The notes under the pieces are model-generated. The model worked only from the letters and a program-made list of their open reading frames with translations. It made no database searches and was not told the origin of the DNA. This document shows positions 51,473 through 60,060 of a stretch of 64,000 nucleotides of DNA, in pieces (within the stretch, counting starts at the first letter, position 1; the number at the start of each line of letters is the position of its first letter). The position numbers and the translations under genes are program-made. This DNA is from Setoptus koraiensis (taxonomy: Eukaryota; Animalia; Arthropoda), in contig CM106586.1 of assembly GCA_048013815.1 (NCBI GenBank), positions 1,550,001 through 1,614,000 on the forward strand, given 5' to 3'.

Positions 51473-52521
51473 GGGTGTTATAGCGAACTGGGCGTAGCTC
51501 AGTTTGCGATGAAATTCACGGTGTGAGTACCTCAGAGGGCTCTGATGAAGATTTGTTTAGACCGGAAGTGTAGAAACTACAGGTTCCGGTTTTAGCTTCA
51601 TCTTCAAGCTGAAGTCTTGAAAGTCAGTATGTAAGCGGATTCGACTACGATGACTTCGATGACATCAACTTCTGATTATTACGACTTCCAGTTCACGAGA
51701 TATTCAGTGGAAACTGCTGCGAGGGCGCTGACGGTACGAAATATCGACCAAACATGTGCGCTCAGAGGCCCGTGCTGTCCAACACAGAAGCCTGCGGCAC
51801 TTCCGGTTCTCGGGATCCTCACAGTTAGATGTGCAGGTTCACGATGAACAGTCAGTTCTTCCACTTACGGTCGTGTATGGATTGCAGTCGTGTGAGCGGA
51901 GGGTAGAGGGCGAAGCCCGATACCCGAAGCGCTCATCAACACTACCTGAAGGGTCCTCGTCGCACGCAGTCATCGCGGAAGCGACGACGGAGATGTGACG
52001 GCCTCTAAATTACGAGGCCGCAGGCCGAGTTCCCGGATCCGTCGCTCATTCATTCCTGAGCAAATCTGAGCTCCAATTTTCCGCACTTCCGGACTGTATT
52101 TTCCGGTCTATAGAGGTCAAGATGTACCCGAACAAGAAGTTTCATTAAAATCAGGGCGGGGCACTAATCGCTACAACAACCGATCCTTGTGGCGGTGATC
52201 ATGCGTCATGCTGAAATACCCATCATACCCCACACCAGTTATTCCGAATTCCGATCGATTCTTCACTTCCGGAATACCTTTAAAGAGATGAGGGTTATCT
52301 GATGTACGCAAATAGTGCCCAAAATACCTTCAAGTACGCTCCGAAGACTCTTAGCGGTCGTCGGGTATCTCAAAACGCCCACTGTGCGGTACATCGGGTA
52401 ACTCGAAAACCGTAAATTTCTACATCTTATGAATACCCGATCGGGTATCAGTGTACCATATTCTACCCAAAAATACCCATAATACCCAGATCGGAACTAC
52501 GCCAAGTTCGCTACAACAACC
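51473..52521 (+). mobile_element. Non-autonomous TIR element, copy 4 (older, TSD not recognisable)
   Basis: TIRs gggtgttatagcgaactgggcgtag and (rc) ggttgttgtagcgaacttggcgtag. Subterminal modules are in the same order as copy 1. Confidence 0.65.
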
Positions 52522-54357
52522 AAAATACACACGTCGTTGGTCCTCAATTTCTCACAAGCCAGTCGCTGGCAGCGCCATCTGCCGGCGACTCTATCTTTCT
52601 GCGCAGATGACCAAAATTAACCAGACAAAACAACAGAATATTGCAAAAACGAAAAAAGAAAACGGGTAAACGGTGATCCGGGTTCGACTCAGCTCCTTGA
52701 GATCTTCAAGAATAGACCTATTAGAAAAAAACCAGGGCGTCAAAGTTACCCAGGCCACCTTGTGAACTTTACGGTATCGAGTTTGCCTGGAGTATTTGTC
52801 TGGATAATTGTTCAAACTGGTAGAGTGCGATTCACATACCATAGTTGGCCTCCACCGGTTACCTTATGCTATACCAAACGGATGAGCGTCGTTGAATACA
52901 AGATTGTTAGTATATATATAGATATCTTTTGATTATGTTGACGAAATTGTTGCGATTGATTATAATAATAATAGATATATACACGGTTATTGCAACGGCT
53001 ATTTCAGTCATCTTGGTGACAATCACGCCGGTGCGATTGCACTCACCTGTGCTGCTCGACCTTGGCTGCTTTCTCATAAGGCCAACGTTACCTGAGAACG
53101 GGACTGCTCTAATTAAATTGAATCACTCATAACAACTGCCGATATTGGCCACCACCTTTTGTGAGTCTACACGTTGAGCTATTGAGTTCGCTTTTTATTG
53201 AGTCGCTATAACTTCGTTTCAGTTGTATAATGAGGTCATGTAAAGCAAAACATGGTCCCACAACTAGACAAAGCCATACAATATCTCACTTGTCATTGTT
53301 GTGACCCCGTTACATTGCAACCTGTCTGTTTGTCTGTTCAAGGTGCATCAACGACAACTGCACCTATTTGAATGTGTATATGTTAGGTTACGTAACGACA
53401 ACAATACTTATCGTTATTACTTACAAGCAAACAGGTAAGTGAGCAGTAAACTTTAAGTGTATTACTGTCAGTTTTGTTCAGTTAGAATCACTCTACACTA
53501 CTAACAGCATTACATTAGGGTACCGTAATATACCGTTATAAAGTACTAATAGTCTGCATCTATTGTAATGATGATGTTATGTGATATTAAATAATGGACG
53601 TCTGTCTATAGATGATGTTGTTTACAAGCTCATATCGATCGCTTGCCTGTTCGCAGTATTTGAGTGTGTGAGTTCCCACTAACCGATTAAAGAACAATGC
53701 CGTCAAGTGAATCAATAACATTTGTACCCGACTTGGCAGCACCGCCAACTACAACTAATATATATCCATCAGGCTCTACATTGTTTGCCAACTGTTACCA
53801 AACCCGAACTATAGGTCGCTAGGTGAGGCCCTGTAAGCTCAATCTATCATCAGGCGCAACGTCAATGTTGGTAGTCTTAGATAACAAGACAGCACACGCA
53901 ACACTAAACAAGATTGATCGCCACACGGCTAAACAAGATATGGCAACTTGCAACAACAAATAACCGCCATCCGGATAAATAATGAACAAATTGCTTGCTA
54001 GTTCCGTTGGTTGTTACACCGGCGCAAACAATGGCGGAAACTCTTGCGAAATTGTGGCGAAAATCGGCGAAAAATTATCACTTTTTATTCCAATTATCAT
54101 TGCTTCATATCCATGGACAATTGCCTATTTTCTCAGATGTCCAAACCTGAAACGAATATGGATAGAATTCTCATAGCTGAGCAAATCGATTATCCGGCTG
54201 ATAAGCGGACACATCTCTAGTCTGAGATTCACTGGGCCTCATTCATTTCATTCGTCTCTAGCTAAGCGTCGTTTCTCGTGTGTGTAAATTATGATTTATA
54301 TCCATCGCAAACTTGATGTTTACGATAGGAGGCGACGTTTACGAGAATGTCGGTGGC

Positions 54358-55794
54358 TCATGTTGGTTTCATAGAACACTCGAGCAACTTAGTCACTATC
54401 TTCACGGCCAGCACCCAAAACAGTCTCATTACAACGGCCTCCATACTGTCAGGATTATCGTCTCTAATGCCAGTAGTTATGTTCAATATGATTGTCATCA
54501 ACCATTTACAATTCAACAAAAATATCGATTTTAAATTAGATGTATTGTTCTTAGCTAAATTAATATAATCTCTCTCAATATGTTTCATCATTTTGACATA
54601 ATCAACAAAGCGGAAGCCCATTGATCTTAATTGTTTCATGATTCCACCAACTAATGGTAAACCATCTAACACTCTTGTGTAGGAGGCCAAACTGGTGAAA
54701 ATGTGTGAGCCTCTATACATGAGACTGGTAATGTAGCGATATTCTTGCCAATATTGTCTATCGAGTTCGTCATAGAACGAATATGACTCTTCGTCGTGCC
54801 TCTCTCGTTGGTGTTTCTGTTGCTGCAAATTAATTATCCCCAGCAAATTAACTGACAGGGGCACCAATTTATTCGCGCTCTTCACTTGACTAGTCTGATG
54901 TTTAAATTGATTTGCCTCTGAGATGGGCCCATCTCCCTTACTGACACCATTGCGCCCATTTGATTTGATGCCCATCGCGCCCCAAACCGCTGCCAACAAG
55001 CTGCTCGTGACAGCTCGCCGGGGCAAATTGCCAGCCTCTGGCGAGTTGCCATCGCTCTTGACGACACTTGGATCGATACCTCCAAAAATATCTCTATTGA
55101 TTACATCTTCGGGTCGTTCGAAACCAGTAGACTCGTCATCCAAATCGTCGCGCGTCCTTTCGTTTCTCTTCTTTAGGGCAATATAATCATCTTCTATCGC
55201 TTGCCGATCGAGAGATTCGACAAATGCTGCATCGTCCTCATCAAATTGCGATCTTTCACCTTGTTTGCCCTGATCTGCGTCTGATGATCTGGTTGTGCTG
55301 CTACGCTCAATTGAATCATCATTACCACTAACATCATCATCACTTGTATTTATGTATGGCTCGATCTCTAAACCCTTGAAAAATGTTCGCGCCTCTTCGG
55401 GATTGTGCGACAGTCGCTGGTAGAGTTTGCTCGACACCTTATCTAAATAATATTGTATCTTTTCGGACTGACTCTTGGGTGCCATAATCGGACAGCTGTC
55501 GTTCAGATCGCTGCCAATGTTAGCAATTGCCTCGTCTATAATGTCATTGGCAAGTTGAGCATAGCTGCTTGGTGTGCTGTCGTCATGTTGTTGCTGCTGG
55601 TCGCCGGGGGCAATGTCTTTTTTCGTTAGAATACGTGACAATACTGGCAATTCGTTTGACTCTAGCGCCAATAACGTTCTATCAACGCTGGCCAACGTGA
55701 GGCCAGCGATAATCGCTAAAGTGATGATGGTCATGGTCATTTGAATTGGCCTTCGTCTACGCAACACTAATCGGTCAACACGAGCTGATTCCAT
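54358..55794 (-). CDS. Putative secreted protein of unknown family, paralog A (~478 aa, intronless)
   Basis: First ATG at 55794. Signal-like RRRRPIQMTMTIITLAIIAGLTLA; clear similarity blocks with 57506..58963. Confidence 0.8.
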   Translation of the reverse strand: MESARVDRLVLRRRRPIQMTMTIITLAIIAGLTLASVDRTLLALESNELPVLSRILTKKDIAPGDQQQQHDDSTPSSYAQLANDIIDEAIANIGSDLNDSCPIMAPKSQSEKIQYYLDKVSSKLYQRLSHNPEEARTFFKGLEIEPYINTSDDDVSGNDDSIERSSTTRSSDADQGKQGERSQFDEDDAAFVESLDRQAIEDDYIALKKRNERTRDDLDDESTGFERPEDVINRDIFGGIDPSVVKSDGNSPEAGNLPRRAVTSSLLAAVWGAMGIKSNGRNGVSKGDGPISEANQFKHQTSQVKSANKLVPLSVNLLGIINLQQQKHQRERHDEESYSFYDELDRQYWQEYRYITSLMYRGSHIFTSLASYTRVLDGLPLVGGIMKQLRSMGFRFVDYVKMMKHIERDYINLAKNNTSNLKSIFLLNCKWLMTIILNITTGIRDDNPDSMEAVVMRLFWVLAVKIVTKLLECSMKPT

Positions 55795-56742
55795 TCTGAT
55801 GATATGGGCAATATGGGTATGTGTCAACTGCCAACAAACTAACTAACCCTAACTCTCTATCTCATGCGCAAGCCGATCAGATCTATCTATGCGATATCTT
55901 ATATCACATAACACAATTGACGAGCTTGCAAATAATCGCAATCAAACAGTTATAATCACTTAGGTTCAATCAAAGCAAGTATTGCATTTCAGAGCATTGC
56001 AGTTACAAGCTAAAGTGTCATTGGCAGAACACAACCATAACAGACAACCATATGTGTTGAATGAAACAATTGATTTTAGTTATTTTTAGTTATCTTTGCC
56101 ACCATATTTGAGACCACATCTATTGTCTTTTGTGCGTTTCTAAGCGAGCAAATGCTCACCTGTAACCTTGCTTCTTGTCACGTTACATTGGTTGATTCAG
56201 CAGAGGGATGTTCACGTGGCGACAGAATGCCAACCTCGTGCGCTGCCAAGCGAAGAAGCAATTTTTTCTCGCCAAGTCAGCTTGTGTCGATTTTAATGGC
56301 GGACAGTTGATTGATCGAGCGCCAGAATTTGACTGGTGGCCTCCATGCTCTCTTCTCACACCACTTGCAAATTTCCTTTTCTAATGCAACTAAATGAAAT
56401 GAGATGAAAATTTGCAATATTATACTATTACTAGATTTTACCTTGACACCTTATTGCGCGAAACCCATCGCGCAAGCCCGAATGAGTTAATGAAATGCCT
56501 CTCGGGTCACTCGCTGCACAAACAGCCAACCAATAACCGCTTTTTATCCTTTCTACTTCTATGTTAAAGTGCAGCCACTAGCAGTTGTAGTTACAGTTAG
56601 TTGGCGGCCTCAAATTACTACTCTCAGACTGGCCTCAAGACTCCAACTGAATATCAATGAGCCATCGAATGGTTTCTCACCTATAGTTGCACCTATTGCA
56701 GCTGCCAACTGGCACACAAATTATCACAATACACGGCGTGAA

Positions 56743-57021
56743 TTACATATATATATACAATATTCTTATTGTTGCCCGCTGGCAGTCTTGCCAGCAGCAT
56801 GTCAGCCTCAAGATTGGTTTTACACGCCAGTAAGCAGCCACAACCATTAGATGATGTGGCACTTTTTGCCATTTTTGTTGTTGTTGTCGTTGCTGTTGTC
56901 GCAAGCGCCATCGATTCTTCCATCGAGCTGGCTCAAAGATTGCACAACCGCTGATGAATATGCCGGCACCAACAGCAATCATTGTCAACCAACGAACCGG
57001 GCCAACATTAACTGACGCCAT
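56743..57021 (-). CDS. Possible small single-TM protein
   Basis: MASVNVGPVRWLTMIAVGAGIFISGCAIFEPARWKNRW gives one hydrophobic stretch and a basic tail. It overlaps a low-complexity tract and could be non-coding. Confidence 0.2.
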   Translation of the reverse strand: MASVNVGPVRWLTMIAVGAGIFISGCAIFEPARWKNRWRLRQQQRQQQQKWQKVPHHLMVVAAYWRVKPILRLTCCWQDCQRATIRILYIYM

Positions 57022-57505
57022 AGAACCATCACAATAATAATTATCTGTTTAGATCAATTTATTGCTACTGCACTTGGGCAGCGGGCGTTTCTCACATAAA
57101 GTTGATGTAACATAATATGAGTTAGCTCAACTTAAGCAGCATTGGTATCAATAATAATCATATCACAATATACATCTATAACTACATAAAAAATAATTAC
57201 ATCATGTTGGAATTATATCCAATCGGTGGTGATTGTGTCGAGCCATCATGTCACATTGACTGTGTTTGGCGATCTAACGGATCAAAAGATATCACAAAAC
57301 AGTCATCGTTGCTCGCCGTTACCAATAGTGTACGCCAGCCAACCAATCAATTAAATTCTAATCATCGGCGCGGGGAGGTTTATTCGCACTGATGGTGATC
57401 GGTGACCGAAAGAGATTATTGCTATTGAGCGTCTTTGATTTGTGCCCAAAATTCAGATATCAAATAAACCAAAGAATAGGCTCAGATCTAAGGGCCATTG
57501 TCAGC

Positions 57506-58963
57506 TTAGCCAGAGCGAACCATTCTCATTGTGAAGTTAATACTGCACTTCATTATACGAGTGCTGATTTCAGTCACCAGAAACCAGAAGAGCCTGAACA
57601 TAGCCTCTTCAAGGTTACAAATATAGCCAATTCTTTGGCCTGCGTAGGCTGTCAATATGACCGTGGCGAGCCATTTTAGGTGAAACTTGGCCACAATAGT
57701 GGGGTGTTCAGCTATATCCAGCTCAATATACTCTCTCTCGATTCTCTTGAGCATTTTGACGTAGTCGATCATGTTCAAGCCCAACTCTCTGAGTCTGCGT
57801 ATTCTTTCACCCACCACCGGTAGGTGTTCCAATTTCTCAAGGTGATGAGCCGTGCTCATAAACACGTCAAATCCTTGATAAAGATGTCGCGTAAGCATCG
57901 TATATTGCTTTTTTTCTTCCTCGTCCTCGTCCTCGTGGAAGATGCTCTTTCTCTCATCAATAGTGACCTGTTCACCACTGCTACTCTCTTCAGTGAGATC
58001 CGTTTTCAGTATTGGCCACAGGCTTTTAAAAGCCGAACGCTGAGCCATATCGACGGTTTCCTCTGGTAAATGATCCAGCAACAGACTATAGTCCGGGGTC
58101 CATCTTCTATGGATGATTTTCCTATCTGGGTTAGGAAAATAATCCATAGAAGATGGCGCGACGATATCTTTAAGACCCATCACTGATCTATGATACGCCT
58201 CGTGTTTCTCCTCTTGTTTAGGCGGTTCATTAAATTCATGAGGATGATCAGCGTCATTGAACTGATCAGGTTCTTCTAGGTTTAATTTTTTCGCCAACTG
58301 AGCAAACATTTGGAGAGCCTCCCCTCCATCATGACTATTCTGGAGGCGAACATGCAGCCTCTCGGCTAAACGGTCCAGGTATTCTCTTATGAGGTAACCT
58401 TGATTATCACCGAATTGGGGACAACTTTCAGATAAACTGGCCTCGATCGAGTCCAGTTCCGAAAGAAGTATATCATTGATGGGGCTCTTTGTGTTGGCTG
58501 TAGCCTTTATTTTCGAGTTTCCATTAGTCGCAGTGATCCTGTTGTCATCTTTGAACATGTTGTCAAAATCTGTCAGTACAGAAGGTGCATTACCTAAATC
58601 TGGCGAGGGTATCATGGGTTTCTCGTGATGGTGCATATCGCGATCGTATTGAACACCATTTCCTTTATTGGTGTCCGATGTGACTTTGCCACGATTCAAG
58701 ATATTCCACCTAGTTAAGACCGACGGACGTCTCTCTTTATGACTATGGCTCTCCAGTGAGACAATATTCCCCAAACCATCACCCGAACTGCCGTGGTTGC
58801 CTCCTTTGCCTGCAGCGTGGGATGTTTTGAGGGCTGTCAAGCCCTTGCGTATTACTGTTGACGGGTGGGCTATAGATCGTTGTGGTAGTATGAATGCCAT
58901 AGCGCTAACTACAGCAATCGATCTGCAAATATACGATATATTTAAATTGTGTGTTCGCATCAT
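57506..58963 (-). CDS. Putative secreted protein of unknown family, paralog B (~485 aa, intronless)
   Basis: First ATG at 58963. Signal-like ISYICRSIAVVSAMAFILPQRSIA; shares DYVKMxKxIERxYIxL and RLFW..CS with paralog A. Confidence 0.8.
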   Translation of the reverse strand: MMRTHNLNISYICRSIAVVSAMAFILPQRSIAHPSTVIRKGLTALKTSHAAGKGGNHGSSGDGLGNIVSLESHSHKERRPSVLTRWNILNRGKVTSDTNKGNGVQYDRDMHHHEKPMIPSPDLGNAPSVLTDFDNMFKDDNRITATNGNSKIKATANTKSPINDILLSELDSIEASLSESCPQFGDNQGYLIREYLDRLAERLHVRLQNSHDGGEALQMFAQLAKKLNLEEPDQFNDADHPHEFNEPPKQEEKHEAYHRSVMGLKDIVAPSSMDYFPNPDRKIIHRRWTPDYSLLLDHLPEETVDMAQRSAFKSLWPILKTDLTEESSSGEQVTIDERKSIFHEDEDEEEKKQYTMLTRHLYQGFDVFMSTAHHLEKLEHLPVVGERIRRLRELGLNMIDYVKMLKRIEREYIELDIAEHPTIVAKFHLKWLATVILTAYAGQRIGYICNLEEAMFRLFWFLVTEISTRIMKCSINFTMRMVRSG

Positions 58964-60060
58964 GTACAAGATATGAAACAATTTATTCGTTAATTTGACT
59001 TTTTCTTTGCAATTGTTGTCAATGTATCTTCCTTTCCGAGTTCGCTTTCTCTCTCGATCGACGATTGTAAACGATCATCAAAACTTGAAGTTACTCTAAC
59101 TAAACTAATGCACCTGATTCTGCGACATGTCGCCGTTCACTCCGACCAACAAAAATAGAGAAGCTGCATCGTCAGATAGATCGTGTGACACTCTGGATAT
59201 TTCATATGCTACAGGCGACTGCCGTGAATAGATGTGAATAGCACTACTATTAAACTCAACTACTAGAATACTATTGCACCATCATTCATACAAATAGTCT
59301 GCTGGTATAAAAATATAAATATCAGTGCTTAGTCCAAGCTTGCGATATTGTTTAAACTAAAAGAGTATACTCAATATGCATCGAATGTGTATAAATTTAG
59401 ACGATAAACAGTTCGAGCAAAGAGACAAAGAGTAACAATTTCTATCATCACGTTGCTCTTATGACTCAGATTCTTTTGAATAGAAATACCACGAACTGAG
59501 GGCGTGATTTGGTGCCAGTCAGTGTAGCAAACTGTCTAGCTCTGTCAGCATAGTCTTCATCGAACGACTTCTGTCTGGTCTCCAATATATCCCAAAAGAT
59601 GAAACAAACAAACAATGATAGTTGGTTGACATTGCTATGATCGGGTGGTTGCATTGAGATGACTAGAGGCCTTTGCGCAAACGATTCAGCACGAAAAATA
59701 CAAAATTCTCGTAGGTCGCAAAGAGCAAGTTCAAACGAACTGCTTCGGGCATCTGTGAATGTCGCCCGTAGCTATTCTAATCAATAGGTTATTCCCTATG
59801 ATAACGACGACACACGGCAGAAAGAGCCCCATAAATAATGCAGCCGATACTTTTCTCGGTAATTTCAAGCTCATTCTTCTCACTAAACGACAAATAAATT
59901 CAGCAGTTACACTATGAACTTTCAATAATTAGATTTTGCTCTACGACGCTATTCCTCTGTTTGGCATCCTAGTGGTTAGTAAGGTTATTTTTAAGAGAAA
60001 TAAATGCGATTATTTATTTGAGAACACGCAGACATATGATATGTTAATCAATCATCAGTC

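Larger units (their letters stand above)
39900..52730. mobile_element. Nested mobile-element and repeat island (~13 kb), no intact host gene
   Basis: Many 100-400 bp blocks recur in both orientations, with TSD-flanked insertions, LTR/env and transposase remnants and tandem arrays. Boundaries are approximate. Confidence 0.9.

Noticed and set aside
52680-52690. GGTTCGACTC B-box suggesting a tRNA or SINE
   Set aside because: No A-box or cloverleaf. The second copy (~46760) reads GCTTCGACTC and both lie in a transposon-end-like repeat.
52740-53100. Short open frames after the island (..SWPPPVTLCY.., ..HLGDNHAGAIA..) faintly recalling rhomboid motifs
   Set aside because: The similarity is too weak, and joining the frames would need an implausible 16-nt intron.
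53690-53960. Minus-strand stretch reading ..PDGYILVVVGGAAKSG..
   Set aside because: Interrupted by stops with no supporting context; may be chance.
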